This document shows, piece by piece, positions 1 to 14,742 of a DNA stretch of 64,000 bases. A program made the position numbers and the translations under genes. The stretch covers positions 187,488,001 through 187,552,000 of the forward strand of contig OZ024741.1 in assembly GCA_964016885.1 (NCBI GenBank), given 5' to 3'. The notes under the pieces are model-generated. The model did no database searches. It was given only the letters and a program-made list of their open reading frames with translations, and was not told where the DNA came from. Source of the stretch: Eledone cirrhosa (lineage: Eukaryota). Each line of letters starts with the position of its first letter. Positions within the stretch are counted from its first letter, which is position 1.

Positions 1-450
1 TCATTCCTGCAACGCAGCACTCGAAACCAAGCCTATCAAGCGGATGTCGGAAATCAACTTCCGACGAGTTAAGTAATACCATGTCGTTTACAAATTCAAA
101 CCGACTGTTCCTACATCCGGCAGTCCTGATACAACTTCCAACCGGCTGCGTATATCAATCCTATCCATGAAGATTATGAATAGGGAAGGCGACAATACTC
201 ATTATTCGTGACGTCTGATTTAAATGGTCTGGACTTAGTTCTATTTATCAAAACACAAATACTAGGGCATTGGTTTAGGGACTTCAAGACAACAAGAAGC
301 TGCCCGTCGATCTTCGGACGCAGCACAGCCGAACAAGTATTCACTCTGTGGCAGGATTTCGAGAAATTGTCGAAGTATTGTCAAGAGGCGTATGCTTGCT
401 TCGTGGACCTTGGAAAGAATGCGACCACGTTCCAAGGGACTTTATTGTAA
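1..450. mobile_element. Degenerate non-LTR (RTE-like) reverse-transcriptase fragments in inverted arrangement
   Basis: The + strand ~290-450 reads GRSTAEQVFTL..FEKL..Y.QEAYACFVDL (RT N-terminal motifs). The - strand ~1-265 reads ...SPSLFIIFMDRID (region following the RT QG motif). Confidence 0.65.
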
Positions 451-929
451 AAGATTCCCCATCACTTGTTGAGTGAATAGGTGTCACTGAGAAGATTTAA
501 CAGAAACATATCCTTTGATTTCGACAAGTTTTTGTTAAGTTGTTCCAAAGATTTGAATTAACTAGAGTTTGCGTCTTATTATTTGAACACTCTTAAAGGA
601 AGTTTTAGTTTTGAAATTGGGAGAATAGTTTCAGTTTCTCTCTACCAACCTTCCCTCAACAAATACTGGTTAACATAAGGATAGGGTGAGAGACATTTAC
701 TTGAAGTGCCACAGGATGATATATAACTTCTAAACATCACATATCTGTGTTCCTTATTATATTTGTCCGTTTTGTAATCAAAAGTGTAACATTTAAAGGA
801 AATTTGTCAAATACTTTCAGTAGATCAGCTAAATACTTTGAGCCACATTTGTTGGCTCGAAGGGACGACCGTTTGAAGGAAATACATCTTCTTGTCATTT
901 CTACACTGTTTGTCCAGCCGTTTCACATC

Positions 930-932
<3 letters not shown>

Positions 933-1021
<89 letters not shown>

Positions 1022-1053
1022 ATTTATCTTGACCTATCTATCTGTCTATCTCT

Positions 1054-1128
<75 letters not shown>
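933..1128. repeat. (CT)n/(TCTA)n microsatellites
   Basis: Directly visible. Confidence 0.95.
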
Positions 1129-1132
<4 letters not shown>

Positions 1133-1229
1133 AAATGACGTCATATTAAGACTCTTCTGGTTCTGTGCCAGTAACATTGCCATACCACCTTGTCCCAATA
1201 TGCAGAGGCAGCATAACCGAATGATTATG

Positions 1230-1550
1230 AAGTTTACTTCGCAATCGATAGGTTCCGAGTTTGAATCCCACTGCGTGGTATCTTGAACGAGTCTTTTTTA
1301 TCTCGGGTCGACCTAAGCATTGTGAGTGAAATTAGGTAAAGGGAAACTGTTCAGAAGGCCTCGGGCGGACTACACCTTTCATTCAAAGGTCAAACCTTGT
1401 CACACACTCTATCACGTTGAATCTCCCTGAGAATTATGTTAAAGATACATCTGTCTGTGGAATGTTGAGCCACTTACACGTTAATTTCATGAGCAGATTG
1501 TTCTGTTGATCAAACAGCTCGAACTCCTCGTCGAAACTGGTGGAAGTCCA
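1230..1550 (+). mobile_element. Degenerate SINE-like repeats
   Basis: B-box-like GAGTTTGAATCCC at ~1257. The 1380-1545 segment is similar to 37900-38060. Confidence 0.5.
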
Positions 1551-1636
1551 TTCCTTCGTTCATAGTTAGCCAACTGTACTAAACATACTCTCCTTAAAAA
1601 TACATGCCTCTGTTTATGTAGGTCTTTATGTGTCAA

Positions 1637-1781
<145 letters not shown>

Positions 1782-1849
1782 ATCTGTATGTATGTGTGTT
1801 TGTTTGCCTATGTGTTTGTGTCTCTCCATGTTTTACATTTGCATAAGTT

Positions 1850-1916
1850 TCATCATCACCCTTATGGCCAACACAGTCATCATTATCATCATCATCACCA
1901 TCATCATCACTATCAG

Positions 1917-1948
<32 letters not shown>

Positions 1949-4338
1949 CTATCAGCATCATCAATAACAACAACGATATCAATGCCATCATCCCGGTAAC
2001 CACTAACACCAACACAGCTAGCACCACTAACACCATAATTAACATCTCCATTATCATAATTATCTCTCTGATAATTACCATCTTCCTCACCATGATCGAC
2101 ATCATAATCATCATCACCACCACCACCACCACGTCCACCACTACCAAGACCACCAACACCACCACCACCACCAACACCACCAACACCACCAACACTATCA
2201 CCACCACCAACACCACCAACACCACCAACACCATCACCACCACCAACACCACCAACACCATCACCACCACCAACACCGCCAACACCACCAACACCATCAC
2301 CACTACCACCACCACCAACACCATCACCACCACCAACACCGCCAACACCACCAACACCATCACCACTACCAACACCACCAACACCATCACCACCACCAAC
2401 ACCGCCAACACCACCAACACCATCACCACCACCAACACCACCAACACCAACACCAACACCATCACCACTACGACCACCACCAACACCATCACCACCACCA
2501 ACACCATCACCACCACCAACACCATCACCACCACCAACACCACCAACACCATCACTACCACCAACACCGCCAACACCACCAACACCATCACCACTACCAC
2601 CACCACCAACACCATCACCACCACCAACACCACCACCACCATCACCACCACCAACACTACCAACATTATCACCACCACCAACACCACCAACACCATCACC
2701 ACCACCAACACTACCAACATTATCACCACCACCAACACCATCACCACCACCAACACCACCAACACCATCACCACCACCAACACCACCAACACCATCACCA
2801 CCACCAACACCACGAACACCATCACCACCACCAACACCACCAACACCATCACCACCACCAATACCATCACCACCACCAACACCACCAACACCATCACCAC
2901 CACGAACACCACAAACACTATCACCACCACCAACACCATCACCACCACCAACACCATCACCACCACCAACACCACCAACACCATCACCACTACGACCACC
3001 ACCAACACCATCACCACCACCAATACCACCAACACCATCACTACCACCAACACCGCCAACACCATCACCACCACCAACACCACCAACATTATCACCACCA
3101 CCAACACCATCACCACCACCAACACCACCAACACCATCACCACCACGAACACCACCAACACTATCACCACCACCAACACCATCACCACCACCAACACCAT
3201 CACCACCACCAACACCACCAACACCATCACCACCACCAACACTATCACCACCACCAACATCATCACCACCACCAACACCATCACCACCACCAACACCACG
3301 AACACCATCACCACCACCAACACAACCAACACTATCACCACCACCAACACCATCACCACCACCAACACCACCAACACCATCACCACCACCAACACCACCG
3401 ACACTATCACCACCACCAACACCACCAACACCAACACCAACACCATCACCACTACCACCACCACCAACACCATCACTACCACCAACACCACCAACACTAT
3501 CACCACCACCAAGACCACCAACACCAACACCATCACAACTACCACCACCATCACCACCACCACCAACACCATCACCACCAACACCATCACCACCACCAAC
3601 ACCATCACCACCACCAACACCACCAACACCATCACCACCAACACCACCAACACCACCAACACCATCACTACCACCAACACCAGCGCCACCACCAACATCA
3701 TCACCACCACCAGCACCACCAACACCATCACCACCAACACCACCAACACCACCAACACCATCACCAACACCAGCGCCACCAACACCATCACCAACATCAC
3801 CACCACCAACACCATCACCACCACCAACATCATCACCACCACCAGCACCACCAACACCATCACCACCACCAACACCAGCGCCACCAACACCACCAACACC
3901 ACCACCAACACCAACACCACCAACACCAACAACACCATCACCACCACCAACACCATCACATCACCACCACCAACACTACCAACACCAAAAACAACACCAC
4001 CACCACCACCAACACCAACAACACCATCACCACCACCAACACCATCACCACCACCAACACCATCACCACCACCAACACCACGAACACCATCACCACCACC
4101 AACACCACCAACACTATCACCACCACCAACACCATCACCACCACCAACACCACCAACACCACCACCACCACCAACGCCATCAACACCAACACCACCACCA
4201 ACACCAACACCACCACCACCAAAGAAAGAAAGAGAGAGAGAGAAAGAGAGAACGAAAGAGAGGACGAAAGAAGGAAAGCAAGAAAGAAACAAAGAACGGA
4301 AAAAAAGAAAGAACGAAAGAAAAAAAAAGAGAGAAAGC

Positions 4339-4410
<72 letters not shown>

Positions 4411-4500
4411 AGAAAAAAAGAAAGAAAGAAAGAAAGGAAGAAAGAATAAAGAAAGTAAAAAGAAAGAAAAAAGAGAGGAAGAAAGAAAGAAGGAAGGAAA
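1850..4500. repeat. Compound (ATC)n, then (ACC/AAC/ATC) minisatellite, then (GAAA)n
   Basis: About 2.1 kb of permuted ACC/AAC/ATC triplets with higher-order units such as AACACCATCACCACCACC, followed by (AAAG)n. Confidence 0.9.
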
Positions 4501-4667
4501 GAAAGAATAGAAAAATAACGAAATCCAAATCAACACACAAACCAACAATAAAACGAATTAGACGATATATTTCCTAGCTGAGAATCCTTGACAGCTTAAT
4601 TCGTTTGAAAATATACAAGTAACGAATGACTGCAGGTGTCAAACGTTGCCAACATTATTAGCGGTAA

Positions 4668-5090
4668 ATTGGCAGTATCGGTAGAGGGTTGGACGCCATG
4701 CTTTGTAGCATAGAGTTACGGCCCTTGCCATTCTGAGTTCAAATCCCGCCGAGGTTAACTTTGCCTTTCATCCTTACTGGGTCGATACAATAAAGTACCA
4801 GTAATACACTGAAATAATTGCTGGCCGTGTGCCAAAAGTATAAACAATTATTTGGCCTTTCCTCGATAAAATAAAGTACCAGTAATGCACTGAAATTGCT
4901 GATATAATTGCTAAAAGTAGAAATAATTATTATGACAGTGGATTGGCAGGATCGGTAGAGTTACGGCCCTTTACGATCTGAGTTCAAAATCCCGCCGAGA
5001 TTAACTTTGTCATTCATCCTTACGGAGTCGATAAAATAAAGTACCAGTAATACACTAAGGCTATTGCTGGCCAAAAGTAGAGCCAATTAT
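4668..5090 (+). mobile_element. Tandem copies of tRNA-derived SINE family A
   Basis: A-box-like TGGCAGTATCGG and B-box GAGTTCAAATCCC, followed by the shared core GCCTTTCATCCTTACGGGGTCGATAAAATAAAGTACCAG and an AACAATTAT tail. Confidence 0.85.
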
Positions 5091-5204
5091 TAGGTACGGT
5101 CTAACTGTTATTCTCTTTCAGCCTCAACACTCCTACGCTATCCCTAACTTCACTCTCTCTCTAATTCAACATAATACTATTGTAGTGTACATTTTAACAA
5201 ATGA

Positions 5205-5750
5205 TAGATCCCTCATCTGGGACGCCACCTGCTGCGTCACGTTCTCTGCCTCCAACTTAGTCGCTCCGGCCACAAACCCCGGCATCGCAGCCCTCCCTCG
5301 CAGAAGAACGTAAAATAAACACATACCGGGGTTTGTACGACCGCTTCCTCTTCGCACCAGTCGCCGTCGAGATCTCATGCGTACTTGGACCCCGTACTGC
5401 CGAGCTCCTCCGCAAGATCGGAGCGTCGGCGGCCCGTCTGAGGAGGGAGCCCCGCAAGGTTGGGGGGGGGCTGTTGCAGCGGGTGGCACTGGCCATCATC
5501 CAGGGGAATGCTTTTGCTATACTGTCATCGGAGCGCAGCACTTCTGCCCTCTTGCCCTAGGCCCAAATCCCAATCACCCTCCCCTTTCACCCCTCCCCTC
5601 TCTTCTGCGACACCAGAGCTCTTGCCATCCCCTCCCCTTCCCGCTCTTCTTCTTCTTTCTTTCTCTCCTTTTCCTTTTTTTTCTATATTTTTTTTATTTA
5701 TATATTTCCCTATTCTTTCTTTTTTATTATTTCTATATTGAAAATAAACA
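5205..5750 (+). mobile_element. 3' end of a restriction-like-endonuclease (RLE) non-LTR retrotransposon, CRE-like
   Basis: Reading across frameshifts gives LIWDATC...EERK..K...FAPVAVE...LG...LLQRVALAIIQGNAFAIL, the typical RLE C-terminus. A pyrimidine-rich 3' UTR follows. Confidence 0.7.
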
Positions 5751-6042
5751 AAACATTTTTAACAAATTGAGAAGAAATGTCATCATGGCGTTTGATTCCA
5801 TTGTCGCTGATGTGTCTAGATTTTAATTGAAACAGATGAAGATGGCTACTGATATTTTTTTTTTTTTTTTTTCATATTTAAAACGAACGCATATGCACAT
5901 GCATGCATATAAATGTATGTACAGACGTACACACGCATAAACAATTTCACATAGAATAAATACCTAAATATCTATACACGTACATCTCTCAATATATATA
6001 TATATATATATATGTGTCTGTGTGTGTACAATCATACATACA

Positions 6043-6215
6043 TAATTGTTTCTACTTTAGGCACAAGGCCAGCAATTACCCAGTGCATTACTGGTACTTT
6101 ATTTTATCGACCCCGTAAGGATGAAAGGCAAAGTCAACCTCGGCTGGATTTGAACTCAGATCGTAAAGGGACGTAACTATGCTGGAAAGCATGGCGTCCG
6201 ACCCTCTACCGGTAC
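6043..6215 (-). mobile_element. SINE family A
   Basis: Reverse complement of the family A consensus. Confidence 0.9.
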
Positions 6216-6238
6216 TGAAACAATCATACATACATAAT

Positions 6239-6405
<167 letters not shown>

Positions 6406-7127
6406 GGAGGTGAGTTTTATTGTAGTCTAAATAAAATATTTTTCCCAATAGCACACATCAATCTAAAACCACTTTTCATATGTTGATTTAAGACTGCACT
6501 GTCCACAAGTGTTTTTTAGCCTTCATATCATGTTCTCCTGTTTTATCTGATGAAAACACAAATATTATTGCTTGATGATGTTTGTTTTTGAAATGCGCAT
6601 AATAAAATATATGGAACTCCTTTAACCATCTTTTGATCTTATATTATATATATATATATATATATATGGATGCGTTCCAACTTTTTAATGGCCATCGATA
6701 AAACCTCTTGGCTTCACATCCATACAGAAATCCACTTAGTATACTATCAACGTAGTACATAGCTTTATTCCGTCGCTGCAGAAAACTTATTGCACAGTTT
6801 CCCGAAGGCAGCATGCGCAAGGTGAATACTATTCTATATTTCAACGAATATAGTCACGTACTTATTGTAGATACTTTGCAGAAGGTTAACTTGCTTAACA
6901 TATGTTAACAACACCTTGTTACAAATACTCAATACCGAAATAGAGTTGAAATATTCATTTAATTGGCAAGTGGTTAGCCGTGTGACCCTGGAGTTTCACC
7001 TGTGCACTGGCAAGATCATCATTCAAGATTTAATCAGGTAGAACACTCTTGACTACCGGAGACAATGGAGAAATACCCGATAAGATAAGATATTCGTTAA
7101 AGAACTTTGCAATACCTCACAGGAGAT

Positions 7128-7174
7128 TTATCTGATGATCCTCCGAGTCCGCTGGTGAAACGTGAGAGTAAGAA
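7128..7174 (+). ncRNA. Degenerate type-I hammerhead-like motif
   Basis: CTGATGA (7132-7138)...GAAAC...GTA; stems are imperfect. Confidence 0.35.
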
Positions 7175-7195
7175 GGTTCACCAATTAGCCATTAA

Positions 7196-7286
<91 letters not shown>

Positions 7287-7339
7287 TGTATGTGTGAGTG
7301 AGTGAGTGAGTGAGTGAGAGGAGGGGGGTGGGGGTAAAA

Positions 7340-7548
7340 TCCTGACCGCAGCGGTCAGATAGATAGATCGGGAATTTACAAGTTTTAAACTATTAAGACT
7401 ATTATTCAGCAGACTACTCTATAATTTGGGATAGTAGGGTGTAAATATGTAAGAGAGTCGGGGCCCAATGACTGAGCTCTTGCCGTTTTGATTCTGGAAT
7501 TTGCCGTCGAAACGGCAAGGGCTCAGTCGTCGGGCCACGAATCTCTAA
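7340..7548. mobile_element. Diverged fold-back element, family P1 group
   Basis: Imperfect inverted repeat ~7452-7547 sharing GTCGAAACGGC..GCTCAGTCGTCGGG with 14554 and 51031; ends in (TA)n. Confidence 0.65.
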
Positions 7549-7582
7549 TATATATATATATATGTGTGAGTGTGTGAGAGAG

Positions 7583-7710
<128 letters not shown>

Positions 7711-7719
7711 CGTGCGTGT

Positions 7720-7756
<37 letters not shown>

Positions 7757-8027
7757 TGTTCTAATGGATTTGAGAGCGATGTTTGTCTTAGCAGAAACAG
7801 TTCTCAGTAAAAAAAAAAATTATTTTATTTCATCTTTGCTATTTGTACTATTACTATTGTGCTCTGTATAATACATTGCATTTATTTACACAAGTAGTGA
7901 TTCTTAACCAAATTTACGGAATGTACCACTCACTGATAGGAAGTTTCATCGTATTTGCTGTGTATGGATACATTGAGCTCGAAATATTAGCGGCAAAACT
8001 ACATATTTACGTTCAGTATTTACTTTT

Positions 8028-8090
<63 letters not shown>

Positions 8091-8174
8091 GTGGAAAAAT
8101 AAGAAATATGAGAACAGACCGTTACAACATGTTTATTTAAAACAGCATCTACGTACGTTTCGCCCGGATGGGCT

Positions 8175-8207
<33 letters not shown>

Positions 8208-9106
8208 CGATGTGTGTCAGAAAAGTTCCAGGACTGATGTCACAAAAGATTTATTTCAAACCGAAACTTCACACTAAGAGTTTTCTCCTTCAAAGTAACC
8301 CCCCTGGAGTCTAATGCACTTTGCCATCCTTTTCTGCCACGCTTGCATGCACTCCTGGAAGGATTCTTCCGGGATCCTCCACAGTTACGTCGTCACGGCC
8401 TTTTTGATGTCGTCCACGTCTTCAAAACGGGTCCCCTCCGGGTCGTACTCGAAGATCCATGACTCATCACCGGTGATGACTGTCCCTAGCAAGTCTGGTT
8501 TGGTTTCAAGACGCTCGAGGATGTCCTGGCACACTTGCATGCGTCGACCCTTCTGGTCATCGTTCAGCAGTTTTGGCACCATCTTCGCGCAGACTTTCCG
8601 CATGTCCAAATCTTCACTGAGAATCTTCCAGACGCTGTCCCGATTCATGCCCAGCTCATTTGCCATCAGTCGAACAGTCAGCCGACGATCGCTACGCACC
8701 ATCTGCCTGACGCGCTCAACGTTGACCTCAGTCCTGGTTGTTGAGGGCCTTCCGCTCCTAGGGTCATCTTCCACGCCCTCGCGTCCTTCTTTAAACCTCT
8801 TTCACCACTCACAAACACGTGAGCGTGACATCGTCTCATCTTCATACACTTGCTGCAGCGGAGTTTTCCCCAACTGTACCAGAAACTTCAAGTTTGTTCG
8901 TTGCTCTGTGCTCATTGCTTGACGACCTGAAACAGAGGTCATGTATATAAAATTATGAAGGAAAAAGTTTGATCGCTGCAGAGAGCTAATATTACAGTTA
9001 CATACTCCAGGGGGATTACTTTGAAGGAGAAAACCCTCAGTGGGAAGTTTGGGTTTGAAATACATATTTTGTGACATCAGTCCTGGAACTTTTCTGACAC
9101 ACCTCG
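8208..9106 (-). mobile_element. Internally deleted mariner transposon
   Basis: Inverted repeats of ~105 bp with TA on both sides. The - strand reads MSTEQRTNLKFLV...EDDPRSGRPST...KVCAKMVPKLL...VITGDESWIFEYDPE, fused directly to the C-terminal GTRFEDVDDIKKAVT, so the rest of the catalytic domain is deleted. Confidence 0.92.
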
Positions 9107-9284
9107 TATAAGAAAATCTGCTTCGTAGAATCGAGACGTATCCGAGGACCGCGCGATTTCAGAGTCTGGTTTGATCACCACATCGATCGTGCCTCGAGCT
9201 GGTCGCCCGAGTAACAATTGTAATATGTCCAATAAATTCCTTTCGTCGCAACACTGATTCTCTTTTTTCTGTGATATATATACA

Positions 9285-9420
9285 TATGGCGAGTAGTGGG
9301 GAGACTGGTATGTATGGACGACAACTAGTCTTCCACAAACAACCTTGCCCGTACTTGTGCCTCGGAGGGGAACTTTCTAGATGCAAATCCCATGGTTATT
9401 AGTGACTGAGGGCGTTCTTT
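9285..9420 (+). mobile_element. 3' part of SINE family C
   Basis: Reverse-complement similarity to 57530-57640. Confidence 0.6.
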
Positions 9421-9859
9421 ATATATATATATGTAACTGTCTATGTTTTCATCTATTGATCTTTACATCTGTTTGTAGTGCATCTCTATATTTAATTACC
9501 TAATTATCTAGTAAGCTCCTGAGTATATATGTATCTCTCTTCTCACCTACGTCTTGTTGCTGTTGTTATTGTTTTTAAGAATCGTTGTGTGTGTTTGATA
9601 TGAATACTTGTTTGAGATATGGTTCGACAGAGAATGAGACTGAGACTGTTTATATTTCTGTCTGAATGAAGGACAGATCGAAAGAAGAGGAAAAGAAGAA
9701 AAAAAGAAGGAAAGAATTGAGAATGAAGGTGTAAAAGTGAAATGAATGTGTGATAACATTTTTTGAAATTTAGCCAATGGGACACCCTCCAACTAACAAT
9801 TTGGCAATGAAGGAAACTTCAAAATTTCTCTATTTTGGTATGGTAATAAAGATATTTAA

Positions 9860-10450
9860 AAATACTAACATCTTCAACATTATCACCACCATCACCATAA
9901 TTATTACCTACACCTTCACCATCACCAACACCACTACCTTTACCATCTTGACCATCATCATTGCTATCATGACCATACAGTCATCACCATCTCTATTAAC
10001 ATAACCAACAACACCATTACAACTATCACCGTTACCACAATTACCGACTGCCCAACCTTCACCATCACCATCATCACACTCTTCATCATCAGCAGCACCA
10101 CCACTACATTCGCCACCAACACCACCACCATCATCATCGTCACTACTTTCACCTCACCACCACTTCATCACCTATACCACCCAAATCAATACCATCAAAA
10201 TCTTCACTCCACCAACAACATCAACACCGTCACCACTACCACCACCACCACCACCATCACCACCTTTACCCCTTTCACAACAATCCCCACTATCATCACA
10301 TCAGACGACCCACCCCATCATCTATATCACTTCAATGAACACCATCAGCATTACCACTATCAACACTAACAGTAACACTGTCACCCTTACAGCTACATCA
10401 TCACCACAATCGTCACGAACACCAACTCTACCACCACCACCACCATATCA
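9860..10450. repeat. Degenerate (ACC/ATC)n low-complexity tract
   Basis: Directly visible. Confidence 0.8.
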
Positions 10451-11297
10451 AATAAGCTAGTGTCTACATTGCTACTAGGTACTCATGCAAAGCTCTCTTT
10501 GCGTATTCCCCACCCCAAACACACTCTAATTCAGAAAATTCCTAATTATTTCCATTGACTGGAAGTAACGTTGAGAATCTGCTTCCCTTACGAGATCAAA
10601 TAAGGTTGAAACATACGGAGTTATCACCGAACTGATAAAGATCACACTCGCTCCCCACTTTATTCCACATTTGGTTGTCTCCCCTGTCTCTTTTGTTCCT
10701 AATTTTTCAAACATTCTAGAAATTTGGAAAGCATCAGACATTTTCAGAACTGAAGTATTATCCAGACTAAAAACAAAGATTTATCCTTGGAAATATGGAT
10801 ATGGTAATCTTATGAATATTTTAACAATTTATTCTTTTATTCTTTTTTATTGGTTTTAGGAGTTGGACTGAGGCCATGCAATAACAACTCTTTAACTTTT
10901 TTGGTCAATTAAATCTACCCACTACATTGTCTGGTACTTTATTGGTCCCGATATACACAGTGGACGTTGACATAAGGGGAGCTAACTCAACCTGATGAAA
11001 GCCTGTTCTTGAGGCAGAATTTAATTGTTTTCGTTTTGGGTTGTCATTTTTTTTTTTCAACTACTAAAAGTAAACCAAGTACTTACACTACAGTAGGATT
11101 GAATGGAATCGATCTGAACAATTTCTAGTGTTGTTGCACCTTCATAAGAAAATAACTCATATTCTGTCTACATTAAATAAGCCTGCAGCTTTAGAGAGTA
11201 TACGAACCAGGACTCGGTTTAGTCAGTCTCATTTACATAACAATGCACAGACACACACACAAACAAACATACACGTATATATATAAAAGACTAAATT

Positions 11298-11415
11298 GAA
11301 GGCGAGTGGTTGAGTGGTTAGAAAATTGGATTCGCAATCGTGAGGTTGTGAGTTCGATTCCCGGATCGGGCGATGCGTTATGTCCTTGAGCAAGACACTT
11401 TATTTCACGTTGCTT
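11298..11415 (+). mobile_element. SINE 5' head (tRNA-like)
   Basis: GAGTGGTTAG...GAGTTCGATTCCC, then GTCCTTGAGCAAGACACTTTATTTCACGTTGCT, similar to 26148. Confidence 0.7.
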
Positions 11416-11900
11416 CTTATACCTTGAGTTGCGACCGATAGACAGTATTAGCAATTGGAAAGATTTTAACATTGTTTCTTCGGTCCGATTTGACGAAAGT
11501 CGATCGACTGTCGAATATATATATATATAAACATAAATTATCGAGATTCGCATTTCGGCCCACGAAATAACGAAAAACAACCTCCGAGATGTGAGGCAAG
11601 TGCTCAATGATTCAGATGAACCAGAGCTATAACAAACGTTAAAGGCCAAACACACTGAGACGATGGTTAAACAATCATTCGCATAGCCAAAAAAACCGAT
11701 CAAGTAATTCGGGTATTGAAAATTTACCCGGACCCCTGGAAGGTTGGTAAAATCCAGTATTTGGGTTTCTGCGGCTCCTAAATCAAGTACCGTCCGCTTA
11801 CATAAATAATGTCAGGCTTCTGGTAAGATGATTGAACAAGGAAGCCACTTTCTCAACAGGTTTTAGTTCAATGACTATTGCTGACTATTGCTGACTCCAC

Positions 11901-11959
<59 letters not shown>

Positions 11960-11962
<3 letters not shown>

Positions 11963-14250
11963 TGATACCTTGAGATACGAGTTTAATTCGTTCCGTGACC
12001 GAGCTCGTAACTCAATTTACTCGTATCTCAAATCAATTTTCCCCATTGAAATTAACTGAAATGCTATTAATCCGTTCTGACCCCCCAAAACCACACAAAT
12101 TTATTTATGTTACGTGTTTTTAATAAGCAAAATATACTTTATAAATAACAAATAATGTATAATGAAATAATAAGAACATAATAAAAGAGAATGTAAAGAA
12201 ATAAACTGGATTTATTACGTGTATTTACCTTCAAGATGAGACGAAAAAGCTGGCGGTGGTGGAGGAGAATGACGGGGGAGGCTGTAAATGTTCTTCGTTT
12301 TGCGCTCTATCTCTTAACTTGACTTACTCACTACGCAGTTAATGCTATTTTTTATTGCTAAATTTAACTTACACGCTATGCTACACTTAATCGCTAAACT
12401 TAATTGCTATTTATCTTTTACTTTTTTTTTCTTTTCGTACCGTACGGTATTTCAGTTACTGTCATCATCATCTTCACTGTCTTTTGGCTTTTTGGCCACA
12501 CTTTCCTTGCCTTCGCTTTGAGGGCGTTTCAATAAAAACCTGTCCAAGGAGGTTTGTTTCTTCCTCCCTTTTAAAATGTTTTTGAAATGAGTGAGGCAGG
12601 TGTCGTTAAACAGTGCCGACACACGACTTGTTCCAACTTTTTCTGGATGATTTTTGTCAATAAAATCATTAAGTTTCTCCCAAATTTCCAACATTTCCTT
12701 AATTTCACTTGAAGGGATTACTACCTCCTCTGACTCTGGCCCCTCATTAATTTCCTGTCAAATCTCTGTATGCTGCTGGTCCTGTAGCTCCTTTAATTCC
12801 TCCGTTGTCAATTCCTCATTGTACTCTTCGACAAGGTCGTTGACATCTCCTTCGACCACTTCCAAGTCCATAGATTTTCCGATGGACACGATCTCCTCCT
12901 CCACTAACTCTTCGGGTTCAGGTTCGAATCCTTCGAAGTCCCTTTTGGACACAACCTCGGGCCACAGCTTCTTCCATGCAGAGTTTAAGGTCCTCCTTGT
13001 AACACCCTGCCAGGCCATGTCTATAAATTTGAGACAGGCTACGATAGTGTAATGTTCTTTCCAGAACTCTCGAAGGGTGAGGTTTGTGTTTTTCGTAACA
13101 TCAAAGCAGCGCCGGAAGAGATGCTTGGTGAAGAGCTTTTTAAAATTCGAAATCACCTGCTGGTCCATGGGCTGAAGGATAGGGGTGGTGTTGGTTGGAA
13201 GGTACAAGACTTTAATAAACTTGAATTCTTCTAAGATGTCATCCTCGAGATTTGGTGGGTGTGCGGGAGCATTTTCAAGGACGAGTAGGGCTTTCAGGAG
13301 CAGGTTATTATCTAAAGGATACTTCTTGACTGCAGGACCGAAAACCAGGTTTACCCACTGCACAAAAAAACTCCCTGGTGGCCTTTGGGTTTGCCCTCCA
13401 CATAACCTGCAGTTTTTCTTTAATAATCTTATGACTCTTAAATGCCCTGGGGTTTTCCGAGTGATATACGAGCAGCAGTTTAATCTTTAAATCGCCACTC
13501 GCACTTGCACACAGTGCAAGGGTCAACCTATCCTTCATAGGTTTGTGGCCTGGCAAGCTCTTCTCCTCTGCTGTTATGTACGTTCTCCTTGGCTCTTTTT
13601 CCAAAATAGCCCTGTCTCGTCACAGTTAAAGACTTTCTGGGGATGTATCCTTCGGCTTCTACCAGTTCACCAAAAAATGAAGTAAATTCTTCAGCTGCCT
13701 TAAAATCTGGGCTTGCAGCCTCACCATGCCTGACGACGGAGTGAATGCCAGTCCTCTTTTTAAAATTATCAAACCATCCTCGACTGGATTTGAATGACTC
13801 TTCCGATGCCTCGTCCGAGGACGATCCCGCCGTCTGCCGCACCAAATCTCCATAAATAACTCGTGTCTTCTCACAGATGATGGTCTCGGTTACAGTATCT
13901 CCAGCGAGCTGCTTCTCGGTCAACCACGCCAACAGCAACTTTTCCATCTCTTCATGGTCAGAGACCCGGAGCTTAGAAATTATCTTAACACCCTTGGCTG
14001 GTGTCATAACCTTTATTGAATCCTTTTGTTTCAAAATAGTACATATTGTAGAAGTACTACGATTGTACTCCTTTGCCAAGTCAATAACATCCACACCACG
14101 CTCATGTTTTTCTACGATTTCGTGCTTAATATCCAGACATCATCCTTTTCTTTTTCTCGCCAGTGTTCTTGGCACTCACTTTCTTAGGACTCATGGTTGA
14201 AACTAAGATTTTTATCGAAATAAACCAAAAGCAACTAAAATCACAACAGT
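11960..14250 (-). mobile_element. Tigger/pogo DNA transposon, 5'-truncated
   Basis: Terminal TA|CAGTGATACCTTGAGATACGAG at 11960. The element contains a near full-length frameshifted transposase; no matching TIR is seen at the other end. Confidence 0.9.
12452..14194 (-). pseudogene. Tigger (CENP-B HTH + DDE_1) transposase pseudogene
   Basis: MSPKK...LAKEYNRSTSTICTILK, SRGWFDNFKKR, HGEAAS, KDRLTLALCASASGD, ENAPAHP, LPTNTTPILQPMDQQVISNFK, KQTSLDRF, spread over several frames. Confidence 0.92.
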
Positions 14251-14517
14251 TTGGGTGATTGGTGGTTACCACAATTCCGGTTTGTATTTATTTTCTTGAT
14301 TTATTCTTAAATTGAGTCAGGCAAACCCTATTGTCTATAGTAAGTATTCTTTTCACCTTAGCGAATCTGGTCCCTTACGATTTGAACACATATATCTATA
14401 TATCTGTGTTCGTTTTTTTTTTTTATTCAATTATAATATACGGCTCGGAAATATCTCTTTCCTAGAGGTATTTTATTGTAAGAGACTATTTTGAGTTTCT
14501 AACTCAATATATACCTT

Positions 14518-14553
<36 letters not shown>

Positions 14554-14558
<5 letters not shown>

Positions 14559-14742
14559 AGGGTGTGGTAAGATACCAAGTGCACCATAACCCGCCAGAGT
14601 ACTCGATACCTGGGTAGTAGAGAGGGGAATATGAAAAGATTCAGGACCCCGACGGGTCATTCCTGGCCGTTTCGACAGCTAGATCCGAACTCGGATCTAG
14701 CTGTCGAAACGGCCGGAGCTCAGTCGTCGGGGTCCTGAATCT

